A DNA stretch of 64,000 bases from an uncultured Bacilli bacterium (lineage in GTDB: Bacteria; Bacillota_I; Bacilli_A; RF39; UBA660). The position numbers were made by a program, and so were the translations under genes. Below are positions 20,204 through 30,474 of the stretch, piece after piece. Each line of letters begins with the position of its first letter. Position 1 is the stretch's first letter. Location of the stretch: the NCBI GenBank assembly GCA_910589335.1, contig CAJUTW010000001.1, forward strand, positions 7,972 to 71,971, written 5' to 3'. A model generated the notes under the pieces. It made no database searches, was not told the origin of the DNA, and was given only the letters and a program-made list of their open reading frames with translations.

Positions 20204-21271
20204 ATGGTAGTAAAATTAAAAAGACCAAAGCCACTTTTAATTATTATAATATTTCTTATAACTTTGTTTTTAATTATTGGAGTTTTTGGATATTTATGTA
20301 GCTCAACTAATTATAAAAGTAAAGATAAAATAGAAATAGAAATTACTAGTGGGACAAGTACTTCTGAAATTGCAAATATTTTAAAAGATAAGAAGTTAAT
20401 TAAAAGTGAATTATTATTTAAAGCTTATGTTAAAATTTATAATGTTAAATTAAAGGCAGCAACTTATATTTTTAGTAAAAGTATGAATTTAAAAGAAATA
20501 GTTAATGAATTAGAAAAGGGAAGTAATTATAATCCTAATTTAATAAAATTAACTTTTAAAGAAGGAGAAAGAGTAACTGATTATGCAAAAGTCATTTCTG
20601 TAAAAACTAATAATAGTTATGAAAGTGTAATTGCTACTTTTAAAGATTATAATTATATAAATAGTTTAATTTCTAAATATTGGTTTTTATCTAGTGCTAT
20701 TTTAGATCCTAATATTTATTATCCTTTAGAAGGTTATTTAGCTCCTGATACATATTATTTTGATAATAAAGATGTAAGTGTTACTGAAATTATTGAAACT
20801 ATGTTAAATGAAATGAATAAGAAGCTTGAAAAATATAAAAGTAGTTTAGGAGATAAAGTTCATGAAAGATTAACGATGGCATCTATTGTAGAGTTAGAAG
20901 GAACTAATATTACTAATCGTAAAATGATTGTTGGAGTCTTTAATAATAGAATTAACAAAGGAATGAATCTTGGTAGTGATGTTACGACTTATTATGGTTT
21001 ACAAGCTGCAATGACAAGTGATTTAACAACTGAGGAGTTTGCTAGTATTAATTCATATAATACGAGAGCTGTTGGAATGGTTGGAAAGATGCCTATAGGG
21101 CCTATATGTAATCCTAGTGATTCAAGTATAGAGGCTAGTATTAGTCCTACTTTAAATGATTATTTATTCTTTGTTGCAGATAAACATGGTAATATATTTT
21201 ATACAAAAACTAATCAAGAACATGATCAAAAAGTAGCAGAGATTAAAGCAAAAGGTGATTGGATTTGGTAG
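20204..21271 (+). CDS. mltG: Endolytic murein transglycosylase MltG (YceG-like)
   Basis: N-terminal TM helix and a YceG domain. Confidence 0.8.
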   Translation: MVVKLKRPKPLLIIIIFLITLFLIIGVFGYLCSSTNYKSKDKIEIEITSGTSTSEIANILKDKKLIKSELLFKAYVKIYNVKLKAATYIFSKSMNLKEIVNELEKGSNYNPNLIKLTFKEGERVTDYAKVISVKTNNSYESVIATFKDYNYINSLISKYWFLSSAILDPNIYYPLEGYLAPDTYYFDNKDVSVTEIIETMLNEMNKKLEKYKSSLGDKVHERLTMASIVELEGTNITNRKMIVGVFNNRINKGMNLGSDVTTYYGLQAAMTSDLTTEEFASINSYNTRAVGMVGKMPIGPICNPSDSSIEASISPTLNDYLFFVADKHGNIFYTKTNQEHDQKVAEIKAKGDWIW

Positions 21272-21295
21272 TTATTATAAAGGAATGAAGAGAAG

Positions 21296-21886
21296 ATGAA
21301 TGAAAATATTATTAGACAAATAAAAAATTATGCAGATAAAGAAAATGTTCCGATTATGACTGATGATGGAATTAATTATTTAATTAATTATATAAAAGAA
21401 AATGCTGTTAAAAATATTTTAGAAATTGGTACTGCTATTGGGTATTCAGCTATTATGATGTGTAGTGTTAGTGATGATATATTTGTAACTACTATTGAAA
21501 GAGATGAAAAAAGGTATTTAGAAGCTTTAAAAAATATAAAGTTATTAGGTTTAGAGAATAGAATTAGATTAATTTATAAAGATGCTTTAGAGGTAGTAAT
21601 TGATGAAAAATATGATTTAATTTTTATAGATGCTGCTAAAGCTCAAAACATTAAGTTTTTTGAAAAATTTGAAAATAATTTAAATAATAATGGTACAATT
21701 ATTACAGATAATATGAATTTTCATGGTTTAGTTTTAAAAAATGATAAAGAAATTACTAGTAGAAATTTACGACAATTAGTAAGAAAAGTTAAAAACTATA
21801 AGACGTTTTTAGAAGAAAATGACAAATATACTACAGAATTTCTTGATATAGGTGATGGAGTTGCTGTTAGTAAAAGAAAAATATAG
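21296..21886 (+). CDS. Class I SAM-dependent O-methyltransferase (family 3, YrrM-like)
   Basis: SAM motif LEIGTAIGYSA and an acidic FIDAAK motif. Confidence 0.8.
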   Translation: MNENIIRQIKNYADKENVPIMTDDGINYLINYIKENAVKNILEIGTAIGYSAIMMCSVSDDIFVTTIERDEKRYLEALKNIKLLGLENRIRLIYKDALEVVIDEKYDLIFIDAAKAQNIKFFEKFENNLNNNGTIITDNMNFHGLVLKNDKEITSRNLRQLVRKVKNYKTFLEENDKYTTEFLDIGDGVAVSKRKI

Positions 21887-21917
21887 AATAATATTTTCTA
21901 TATAAGAGGGTGATTTA

Positions 21918-22787
21918 ATGTCTTTAATTCAGATTTTAGATTGTAGTGAAGCACTTGGTACTTGTTGTAGTGATTATGGATTAGTTACAGTGTTAGATTC
22001 ATGTCGAAAAATACTTAATTTAATACAATTAGTTGCACCTATAATCTTAATTGTTTGGAGTTGTGTTGGATTAATAAGTTTAATAATTAATCCAGAAGAA
22101 AAAAAGTTAAAAAAGTCTTTAATAAATAAGTATTTAGCTGCGGTTTTATGTTTTTTTATTCCAGTTATTATTGATGCTATGTTAGGTTTAATGCCTGAAA
22201 CTTTTAGTGTTTCGGCTTGTTGGAAACAAGCGCAAGTTTCTGCTGAAATTGTTAGAAGTTTAAGAAATGAATATATAAGTGAAAAAGATAAAACTCAATC
22301 TCCTATTTTACTTAATCCTGATGAATATGAACCAGGAGATGAGAGAGAAGAACCTGTTGTTGGAAGTTCTAATTCGGTTAATGGTGGTTCTGGAGCGGGA
22401 AGTAAAAAAGGAAAAGAGATAGTAAAATACGCTAGAAGTTTTGTTGGACAAAGATATGTTTGGGGAGGATTTTGGAATGGTGAGTTGCCATATACTGGAA
22501 CAGATTGTAGTGGGTTTGTACAAGGTGTTTTTGCTCATCATGGTATAAGTTTAGGAAGAGATACTACTTCACAATGGGCAGATAAAAGTAAATTTACTAT
22601 TGTTGAGGGTGAAATTAAAGCAGGAGATTTAGTTATGTATAGTGAGCATGTTGGTATTTTAACAGGTAATGGTAATGAAATAATTCATGCTAAAGGAACA
22701 AATTATGGAATAGTTATTGATTCTGATTATAAAACGTGTTCTTCTAAAGCTATATTTGGAATTATGAGAATAAATGGAGTAAATTAG
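21918..22787 (+). CDS. NlpC/P60 cell-wall peptidase fused to an N-terminal Cys-flanked two-TM module
   Basis: NlpC/P60 catalytic Cys (TDCSGFV) and His (HVGIL). The N-terminal 110 aa are homologous to ORFs 42776 and 43188 (DC.G ... TM ... FFIP ... TM ... CW). Confidence 0.75.
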   Translation: MSLIQILDCSEALGTCCSDYGLVTVLDSCRKILNLIQLVAPIILIVWSCVGLISLIINPEEKKLKKSLINKYLAAVLCFFIPVIIDAMLGLMPETFSVSACWKQAQVSAEIVRSLRNEYISEKDKTQSPILLNPDEYEPGDEREEPVVGSSNSVNGGSGAGSKKGKEIVKYARSFVGQRYVWGGFWNGELPYTGTDCSGFVQGVFAHHGISLGRDTTSQWADKSKFTIVEGEIKAGDLVMYSEHVGILTGNGNEIIHAKGTNYGIVIDSDYKTCSSKAIFGIMRINGVN

Positions 22788-22795
22788 GAGGCTAT

Positions 22796-23581
22796 ATGTT
22801 TGATGTTGATGTAAGAAAAAAAAGTAATTTCAATCAAAATTCAACAAAGAAAAAGCATAGTCATTTTGATAAAAAAACAAAAACTATATTTGCTGTTTGT
22901 CTATCAATATTTCTTATAGTCTTTTTAGTTTTTTATGTTTTTAATAAAAATAAAGAAGAAGATTATAAAGATATAAAAGAAAATAAAAAAGAGTTTTTAG
23001 TTTATACTAAGTATAAAAAAACAAATACTAATTATAAAATCTTTGTACCTTATGTAAATATTCAAAGTGATATTATTAAACAAGTTAATAAAGATATTGA
23101 TTTATTTACAGAGGAATTTATAAGTGCAAAAAAGTGTTCTATAATTTATGAGTATAGTATTAGTGGAATAATCTTATCTGTAGTTGTAAAAGTAATAGAT
23201 TATACTACGCAATATGCTCCAGATGTTTATTTTAGAAGTTATAATATTAATTTATCTACACTTGAAGTTATTTCTGATGAGGCATTATTAGGTTTTTTTG
23301 GAACAGATTATAATAATGTTGAAGTTTTAATTTCAGAACAATTTAAATTATATCATCAAGAAATTGTTGAAGAAGGATATTATCATCAAGATGAATGTAA
23401 TTATAATTGTTTTTTAAATTATCGTGGAATTGATGATTATATGGATAATGTTGTTTTTTATGTTAAAAATGGAGACTTGGTTGCTTATAAATCGTTTGTG
23501 TTCTTTTCTATTTTTGGTGAAGAAGAATATTTTGAAGATGAAGATTACGAATTTTTAATAGTAAAAACTGATAAAAATTAA
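22796..23581 (+). CDS. Hypothetical membrane-anchored protein
   Basis: N-terminal TM helix. Inserted together with the NlpC/P60 gene inside the conserved OMT-U32 synteny. Confidence 0.45.
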   Translation: MFDVDVRKKSNFNQNSTKKKHSHFDKKTKTIFAVCLSIFLIVFLVFYVFNKNKEEDYKDIKENKKEFLVYTKYKKTNTNYKIFVPYVNIQSDIIKQVNKDIDLFTEEFISAKKCSIIYEYSISGIILSVVVKVIDYTTQYAPDVYFRSYNINLSTLEVISDEALLGFFGTDYNNVEVLISEQFKLYHQEIVEEGYYHQDECNYNCFLNYRGIDDYMDNVVFYVKNGDLVAYKSFVFFSIFGEEEYFEDEDYEFLIVKTDKN

Positions 23582-23587
23582 ATTTTT

Positions 23588-23624
23588 GGAAGAAAGTTTA
23601 AATGCAATTACTTTCTTTTTTTTT
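23588..23624 (+). terminator. Rho-independent terminator
   Basis: GGAAGAAAGT/ACTTTCTTT stem followed by T9. Confidence 0.5.
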
Positions 23625-23656
23625 CGTTATATTGTATACTATGTTGGAGGTGGACT

Positions 23657-24526
23657 ATGAAGCTTTTAATTGAACCTAGTAATAAAAATAAATTATATTT
23701 AGATATTGTTGATGGTGTTATTTTACCTCTTGATGATTTAGCAGTTGAGAGTAATATTTATTTTACTTTAGAAGAAATAGAAAAAATATCGAAAAATTAT
23801 AATGATGTTGAAATCTTTGTAAAAATTAATAAAAATTTAATGAATAATGATATAGATAAAGTAAGAGATATTTTAATTAAATTAGATAAGCTTAAAATTA
23901 AGGGAATATTTTTTTATGATTTAGCTATTTTACAACTAAAAAAAGAATTAAATTTAGATGTTGATTTAGTTTGGAATCAAACTCATATGGTTAATAATTA
24001 TAAAACGTGTAATTATTATTTTGAAAAAGGTGTTAAATACGCACTTCTTGGAAAAGAAATAACATTAGATGAGATAAAAGAAATATTAGAAAAAAGTAAA
24101 ATTATTAGTATGGTAGAAGTTGTTAGTAGACCAAGTGTTGCTTTTTCAAAAAGAAAATTAGTTAGTAACTATTTAAAGAATGAAGGAAGAGCTTTAGAAA
24201 ATAAACTTACAATAAAAGAAAAAATAACAGATACTTTTTATGATGTTGTTGAAGATAAGAATGGAACTAGTTTTTATTTAAATAGGATTATGAATGGAAC
24301 TAGTATTATTAAAGAGTTATTTGATAATGAGTGTAGTTATATTATTTTTAGAGAGTATGGTTTGGAAGATAATTTTTTTCAGTTAATCATTGATACTAAG
24401 AAATATATTTTGAATGGTTGTCTTGAAAATGATTATAATGATTATGTTGATAAATATAAAATATTGGGTGATGATACTAATTTCTTTTTTAAGAAGACTA
24501 TTTATAGGGTGAAGAAAAATGGATAA
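23657..24526 (+). CDS. Peptidase U32-family protein (YrrN-like)
   Basis: Position and size in the yrrN/yrrO pair. U32-like core. Confidence 0.55.
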   Translation: MKLLIEPSNKNKLYLDIVDGVILPLDDLAVESNIYFTLEEIEKISKNYNDVEIFVKINKNLMNNDIDKVRDILIKLDKLKIKGIFFYDLAILQLKKELNLDVDLVWNQTHMVNNYKTCNYYFEKGVKYALLGKEITLDEIKEILEKSKIISMVEVVSRPSVAFSKRKLVSNYLKNEGRALENKLTIKEKITDTFYDVVEDKNGTSFYLNRIMNGTSIIKELFDNECSYIIFREYGLEDNFFQLIIDTKKYILNGCLENDYNDYVDKYKILGDDTNFFFKKTIYRVKKNG

Positions 24527-25724
24527 AATAGAATTATTATCTCCTGCTGGAGATTTGGAAAGACTTAAAGTAACTCTTTTATATGGGGCTGATGCTGTAT
24601 ATATTGGTGGTGAAAAATATAGTTTAAGGGCTAATGCTACTAATTTTTCTTTAGAAGATATTAGAGAAGGGTGTCAATTTGCTCATAAACTTTCGAAAAA
24701 GGTTTATCTTACTTTAAATATTGTTTTTCATAATGAAGATATGGAAGAGGTAGAGAAATATATTAATGATGTAGTTCTTTGTGGAATTGATGCTTTTATA
24801 GTTAGTGACCCTTTTTTAATTTCTTATATTAAAAGTAATTATCAAGTAGAAGTTCATTTATCTACACAAAATTCAACTAGTAATTATGAGGCTGTTTCAT
24901 TTTTTAAAAATGAGGGTATTGATAGGGTTGTTTTAGCTCGAGAATTATCTTTATTAGAAATTAAAGAAATTATTGATAAAACTTTAATTGATGTTGAAGT
25001 TTTTATACATGGAGCAATGTGTACTTGTTTTAGTGGAAGGTGTGCTTTATCAAATTATGTTACGAATCGTGATGCTAATAGAGGTGGTTGTGCTCAAATT
25101 TGTAGATTTGCTTTTTCTAATGATGGGTATAATGATTTTACTTTTGCTACAAAAGATAATAATTTAGCGGATTATATTGGGGATTTAATTGATATTGGTG
25201 TTGCAAGTTTAAAAGTTGAGGGAAGAATGCGATCTTTATATTATTTAGCAACAGTTATAGGAACGTACCGAGAAATAATAGATAATTATTATAATAATAG
25301 TTTAACAGAAGAAAAAATGTCTATATTTAAGAAGAGACTTGATAGAGTTGCTAATAGGGAGACATCTTCACATTATCTTTTAAAAGAAGCTGATTATACT
25401 GATCAATATTATACTGGAAGAAGTGAAGTTTCTAATCAAGATTATTTAGGACAAGTAATTAGTTATAATAAAGATAAAAAATTACTGAAATTTTATGAGA
25501 GAAATTATTTTGAAGTAGGTGATACTATAGAATTATTTACATCTAGTGGTGAGCATTTTGAATTTAAAGTAGAAAAGTTATATGATGAAGATATGAATTT
25601 AATTGAAGTTGCAAGACATCCAGATAATATATATTATTTAGAAGTAGATTGTGATTTTTCAATTGAAGAATATGCGATGTTAAAAATTGTTAGGAGATTA
25701 AAAGATGAAAAAGAATTTTTATAA
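24519..25724 (+). CDS. Peptidase U32-family protein (YrrO/RlhA-like)
   Basis: U32 signature E...HGAMCTCFSGRCALSNY and EGRMRS. Confidence 0.8.
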   Translation: MDKIELLSPAGDLERLKVTLLYGADAVYIGGEKYSLRANATNFSLEDIREGCQFAHKLSKKVYLTLNIVFHNEDMEEVEKYINDVVLCGIDAFIVSDPFLISYIKSNYQVEVHLSTQNSTSNYEAVSFFKNEGIDRVVLARELSLLEIKEIIDKTLIDVEVFIHGAMCTCFSGRCALSNYVTNRDANRGGCAQICRFAFSNDGYNDFTFATKDNNLADYIGDLIDIGVASLKVEGRMRSLYYLATVIGTYREIIDNYYNNSLTEEKMSIFKKRLDRVANRETSSHYLLKEADYTDQYYTGRSEVSNQDYLGQVISYNKDKKLLKFYERNYFEVGDTIELFTSSGEHFEFKVEKLYDEDMNLIEVARHPDNIYYLEVDCDFSIEEYAMLKIVRRLKDEKEFL

Positions 25725-26103
25725 AGTACCTTTATATAAATCAAGTACAAATATTATGAGTTTAAAAAGAGCAGGAGAGATTGTTTGTTATTCTGGACGC
25801 TTTGGTGTTAGAGAAGTTGTGACTGATAAAAAAATTGCTATATTAAATATTTTAGAAATTAATAAAAAAACTACAAGTGAGTATGTTTCTAAAAGGAGTA
25901 GAATTTTAAAATATTTACATAGTAAAGCTTTAAACGAAGAAGGAGTTAAACTTTATATTAAAGAAGAAGATTTAAATAAAGCTAAGCCGATTACTGAAAA
26001 AGAATTTAATGAATATTTTGATAATTTTAATGATTTGGAAATTAATCAAATTCTTAAAAATATTTATGAGTATCAATTAAAAAATCAAAAAGTAAAAAAA
26101 TAA
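25705..26103 (+). CDS. Hypothetical protein
   Basis: ORF with an RBS. Confidence 0.4.
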   Translation: MKKNFYKVPLYKSSTNIMSLKRAGEIVCYSGRFGVREVVTDKKIAILNILEINKKTTSEYVSKRSRILKYLHSKALNEEGVKLYIKEEDLNKAKPITEKEFNEYFDNFNDLEINQILKNIYEYQLKNQKVKK

Positions 26104-26114
26104 TAGGAGTTATT

Positions 26115-27242
26115 ATGAATGATAAGTTAGATTTAGCTAAAAATAATTTTTTAAATAAAGAAAAAAATTTAAGTTGTTATGCAACTAAAAGTAGTGATGC
26201 TATTAGAATAGAAGAAGATAAGTCTTTAAATGATATACGTCCTAATTTTTTTCATGATATAGATAAAATTATATATTCTCTTAGTTATATGAGATATTTA
26301 GATAAAACTCAAGTTTTTTCGCGAATAGAAAATGATCATATTAGTAAAAGAATAACACATGTGCAAATGGTTAGTAAAATAGCAAGAACGATTGGTAGGG
26401 CACTAAACTTAAATGAGGATTTAATCGAGGCAATTGCACTGGGACATGATATAGGACATACTCCTTTAGGACATTTTGGAGAGACTTTATTAAATGAAAT
26501 ATCATTAAGAGAGCTAAATCTTTATTTTGCACATAATATACAGAGTGTTAGACATTTAATGAGTGTTGAAAATAATGGAAGGGGTTTCAACTTAAGTATT
26601 CAAGTTTTAGATGGGATAATGTGTCATAATGGAGAGATGCTTAATTCAAAATATGAACCTGTAAAAAAAGATACTGTAGAATTTTTAAGAGATTATGAAT
26701 TATCATATAAAGATTTAGAAACATCTAGAAAGATGCATCCTATGACATTAGAAGGTTGTGTTGTAAGAATTAGTGATATTATAGGGTATATAGGTAGAGA
26801 TATAGAAGATGCTGTTAGACTAAATAGAATTAAATTAGAAGACATTCCTTCAAATATTACAAATGTACTAGGTAAGACTAATAGTTCAATTGTAAATACA
26901 ATAGTTTTAGATATCATTGAAAATAGTATTAATAAACCCTATATTAAAATGAGTGATAAAGTTTTTAAAGCTTTATTTGAACTTAAAAAATTTAATTATA
27001 AAAATATTTATGATTATAGTTTAAAATTGGAAGATAAAGAATATTATAGAAAAGGTATGAATAAAATATTTGATAGATATTTAAAAGATATTGAAAATAA
27101 AAATTATGATAGTATAATTTTTAAAATATTTTTAAATGACCAAGTTGATAAATATAATAAAGAAACTAGTGATAAGAGAAAAGTTATTGATTTTATAGCT
27201 GGAATGACTGATGAGTTATTTTTTAAAGAAATTGAGAAGTAA
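26115..27242 (+). CDS. dGTPase-like HD-domain triphosphohydrolase
   Basis: HVQMVSKIAR...LGHDIGHTPLGH HD motifs. Confidence 0.75.
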   Translation: MNDKLDLAKNNFLNKEKNLSCYATKSSDAIRIEEDKSLNDIRPNFFHDIDKIIYSLSYMRYLDKTQVFSRIENDHISKRITHVQMVSKIARTIGRALNLNEDLIEAIALGHDIGHTPLGHFGETLLNEISLRELNLYFAHNIQSVRHLMSVENNGRGFNLSIQVLDGIMCHNGEMLNSKYEPVKKDTVEFLRDYELSYKDLETSRKMHPMTLEGCVVRISDIIGYIGRDIEDAVRLNRIKLEDIPSNITNVLGKTNSSIVNTIVLDIIENSINKPYIKMSDKVFKALFELKKFNYKNIYDYSLKLEDKEYYRKGMNKIFDRYLKDIENKNYDSIIFKIFLNDQVDKYNKETSDKRKVIDFIAGMTDELFFKEIEK

Positions 27243-27324
27243 TAGTAAATTTTTGTAAAGAAAGAAAAGTTTATAGAAAAATTTAATATACTTGAATAGG
27301 CTTTATTAAAATATTTTATATAAC

Positions 27325-27353
27325 TTGAAATATGAAAAAAAATGTGCTATACT
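27325..27353 (+). promoter_or_regulatory. Sigma-A-type promoter (TTGAAA-N17-TGcTATACT) for greA
   Basis: Near-consensus promoter, about 55 nt upstream of the greA start. Confidence 0.45.
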
Positions 27354-27411
27354 TTAGCATGTTGAATCTAGATATACCTAGAAAAAGCTAATTAAAACAG
27401 AGGTGATGAAA

Positions 27412-27882
27412 ATGGGAAGTAAGAATACAGTTTATTTAACACAGGAAGGGTTAGACGATTTAAAAAAGGAATTAGATAATTTAATAAACGTACGCCGCCC
27501 AGAAAATATACAAGCTATAAAAGAAGCAAGATCTTTAGGAGACTTATCTGAAAATGCAGAATATGATGCTGCTAGAAATGAACAAGCTCAAATAGAAGGT
27601 AGAATTCAACAATTAGAGAAGATGTTAGAAAATGTATCTATTATTACTGAAGTAACTACAGATAAAGTAGGAATAGGTAATACAGTTTCAATTAAATATG
27701 TTGATGATGATGAAGAAGATGAATATAAAATTGTTGGTAGTCAAGAAGCTGATCCATTTGAGAGTAAAATCTCTAATGAGAGTCCAATTGCTCAAGCATT
27801 ATTTGAACATAAAGTTGGAGATATTGTTACTGTTGAAAGTCCAAATGGAAACTACGATATAGAAATTATAGAAATAAGCTAA
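27412..27882 (+). CDS. greA: Transcription elongation factor GreA
   Basis: LTQEGLDDLKKEL ... GDLSENAEYDAA ... C-terminal FKBP-like domain. ATG 27412 after AGAGGTG. Confidence 0.9.
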   Translation: MGSKNTVYLTQEGLDDLKKELDNLINVRRPENIQAIKEARSLGDLSENAEYDAARNEQAQIEGRIQQLEKMLENVSIITEVTTDKVGIGNTVSIKYVDDDEEDEYKIVGSQEADPFESKISNESPIAQALFEHKVGDIVTVESPNGNYDIEIIEIS

Positions 27883-27936
27883 ATTTCGACATAATAATTT
27901 GTAAAGATAATTTATTCTAAATACAGGTGATGTATT

Positions 27937-28836
27937 ATGAAAAAAATTATCTTTATTTTTTTTATTTTTCTTTTAATTAACTTTTTTATTTTTAGATATG
28001 ATGGAGTTAGTAAAACTAAAATTAAAGACTCATTACAAGAAGAAATAATGCCTATTAGAAATAGAGAAGGAGATTTTTTAGGGATAATATCTGTTATAAC
28101 TATACCTAAAGATATGAAAGATAAAACAATTAAAATAAATTCAAGTATTTTTGGAGGAATAAATGAATTTAAAAATATGGAAGAAGGGTCTAATTTAATT
28201 CAGTTAAAAATTATTAATAAATCTAAATATAAGTATAAATATATTAAAAATTCTTTAAAAATAAGTACAGTAGATAATAAAGATAATTCTAATTATAATA
28301 CTAAAGTAAAAGGATTTGATAAATTATATATAACAGATGATTTTTTACCATATAGAGTTAATAATACAGCTATTAAAGAATTAGACTTAGATAATCCTAA
28401 TTATAAGAATATTGATAATAGATTAAAAGAGATTGGTTATAGAGGGATTTGTGAAATAGATAAATACTATCTAGATTTTTATAATAAAAAGTATAATTTA
28501 AATATAGATAAATTAGAAAAGTTTTCTAATTCAATAATGAAAGAAATATTTGATGGAGAATCTTTAAAAGAATTTGAAAATAATAAAAAAATAGTTTCTT
28601 TAGCATATTATTATTTTTATAACAATATATTAACTTTTACTTTTAATAATAAGACTAAGAGTATTAAAAATTATATGGATGATTTAAATTTTAATAAAAA
28701 GTTTATTAATATAAAGAAAAAAAGTGAAGTGAAAATAAAAGATATGAGTTTAAATGTTAGTGATAAATATATGAGTGATGCTTTTAATAGTTATAAATAT
28801 ATTGGGAAATTTGAATTTAGATTAAATCGCTCTTAG
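27937..28836 (+). CDS. Hypothetical Lys/Asn-rich secreted or anchored protein
   Basis: N-terminal hydrophobic segment. Confidence 0.4.
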   Translation: MKKIIFIFFIFLLINFFIFRYDGVSKTKIKDSLQEEIMPIRNREGDFLGIISVITIPKDMKDKTIKINSSIFGGINEFKNMEEGSNLIQLKIINKSKYKYKYIKNSLKISTVDNKDNSNYNTKVKGFDKLYITDDFLPYRVNNTAIKELDLDNPNYKNIDNRLKEIGYRGICEIDKYYLDFYNKKYNLNIDKLEKFSNSIMKEIFDGESLKEFENNKKIVSLAYYYFYNNILTFTFNNKTKSIKNYMDDLNFNKKFINIKKKSEVKIKDMSLNVSDKYMSDAFNSYKYIGKFEFRLNRS

Positions 28837-28912
28837 TAGTGATTTTTTTCTTTAAAAAAATATTAAAATAATGTATACTTAGAATAGATAATAATAAGGG
28901 AGCGTTGATATT

Positions 28913-30466
28913 GTGATTATTAGGAAACCTTATGCTTTTTTAATTAAAAATTTTAAGAAGCTACATATATTTTTACTTTTATTAAGTTTATTTGTTGCTT
29001 ATAAATTGATAAATGTAAGTAGTTTTATTAATGAATTTATGAATTTGGGTATATATGATGCTTTTAATGAACCAATAAGTAAGCATATTTCATTTTTACT
29101 TTCTTTATCAATTTTGTTGTTAATTGTTGGATCTATTTCTATTCTTTTACTTTTAAGACATAAAAAGAAACCTTGGAAAATATATTTAGTTCCTTTTTTT
29201 GAGTATTTAGCTTTATTCTTTGTACTTGGAATGGTTAAAAGTTTTTTTGCTAATTATACAAATGATATTGAAACTACAGATTTAAGATTATCAAGAGACT
29301 TATTATTTATTTTTATATTTTTACAATTACCAGCAATATTTATATATGGAATGAGAGTATTTGGTCTTGATATTTCGAAATTTAATTTTAATATGGATCA
29401 GGAGTTTTTAGAGTTAAGTGAAGCTGATAGAGAAGAAGTTGAAATTAGTATAAATGTTGATAAACATTCTTTTAAGCGATTGTTTAAGAAATTTATTAGA
29501 AATATTAATTATTTTTATTTAGAACATAAAGGTATATGTAGAATTGTTTTAGTATTTATTGGACTTTTTATAGTTTATAATTCTTATAAATTTATTTTTG
29601 TTAATAATAGAAGTTATACAGAGGGAGATTTATATAGTGCTAATGGGTATAGTATAAAAATTAATAAAAGTTATTTTACTAATAAAGATTATAATGGAAA
29701 TGTTATTAGTAATAAAAGTAATTTTGTAATACTTAGTTTGACTATTAAAAATAATAGTGTTCCTAGAAAATTAAATTTAGATAATTTTCATATAAAGAAT
29801 GGAGTTAAAGATTATACTACTACTAGAAAAATGTATGCTAAAGAATTTGAAGATTTAGGAAATGCTAGTGATTCTTCAAAGGAATTAAAAAGAGATGAAG
29901 TTTTTGAAGTAATTATAATATATAAAGTAGATAAGGATTTAAAGAAAGAGAATTTTGTTTTATTTTATCAAGAGTTTGATGATAGTCATAAATTAAGAAA
30001 GATTAAGCTTAATTTGGAAGATTTACGAGAGATTAAAGAAGAGAAAGAATTAGTGCTTGGTGATGATTTAGAAGTAGATGTTTATAAGAAGAAAGATACA
30101 ATTAGTTTTAATTATTTAGAATTTCTTAATACAGCTTCATATGTATCTAGAAGGTGTAGTGGTTCTAATTGTGAAAGAATTACTGAGGAATTTAGTGTAG
30201 ATGAGAATTTTAAAATATTACTATTAGAGTTTGGTTCATTAGAGTATGAAGCCAAAAATATGATTGACTTTTTAACTAAGTATGGTAAAATTGTCTATAA
30301 GGATAGTGAAGGTAAAGTAAGGACTTTAAAGTATGAAAATCCTATAAAAAAGAACTATTATGGAAAGAGTATCTTTATAAAGGTTCCAAAAGAAGTAGAA
30401 GGTTCAGAAGAAGTAAAACTTTTATTTACGATTAGAAATAAAAAACATTCGTATAGATTGGTCTAG
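28913..30466 (+). CDS. Hypothetical polytopic membrane protein with a large extracytoplasmic C-domain
   Basis: Four or five N-terminal TM helices. Ends 8 nt before the first gene of the pilus/T4SS cluster. Confidence 0.4.
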   Translation: MIIRKPYAFLIKNFKKLHIFLLLLSLFVAYKLINVSSFINEFMNLGIYDAFNEPISKHISFLLSLSILLLIVGSISILLLLRHKKKPWKIYLVPFFEYLALFFVLGMVKSFFANYTNDIETTDLRLSRDLLFIFIFLQLPAIFIYGMRVFGLDISKFNFNMDQEFLELSEADREEVEISINVDKHSFKRLFKKFIRNINYFYLEHKGICRIVLVFIGLFIVYNSYKFIFVNNRSYTEGDLYSANGYSIKINKSYFTNKDYNGNVISNKSNFVILSLTIKNNSVPRKLNLDNFHIKNGVKDYTTTRKMYAKEFEDLGNASDSSKELKRDEVFEVIIIYKVDKDLKKENFVLFYQEFDDSHKLRKIKLNLEDLREIKEEKELVLGDDLEVDVYKKKDTISFNYLEFLNTASYVSRRCSGSNCERITEEFSVDENFKILLLEFGSLEYEAKNMIDFLTKYGKIVYKDSEGKVRTLKYENPIKKNYYGKSIFIKVPKEVEGSEEVKLLFTIRNKKHSYRLV

Positions 30467-30474
30467 GAGGCTTT

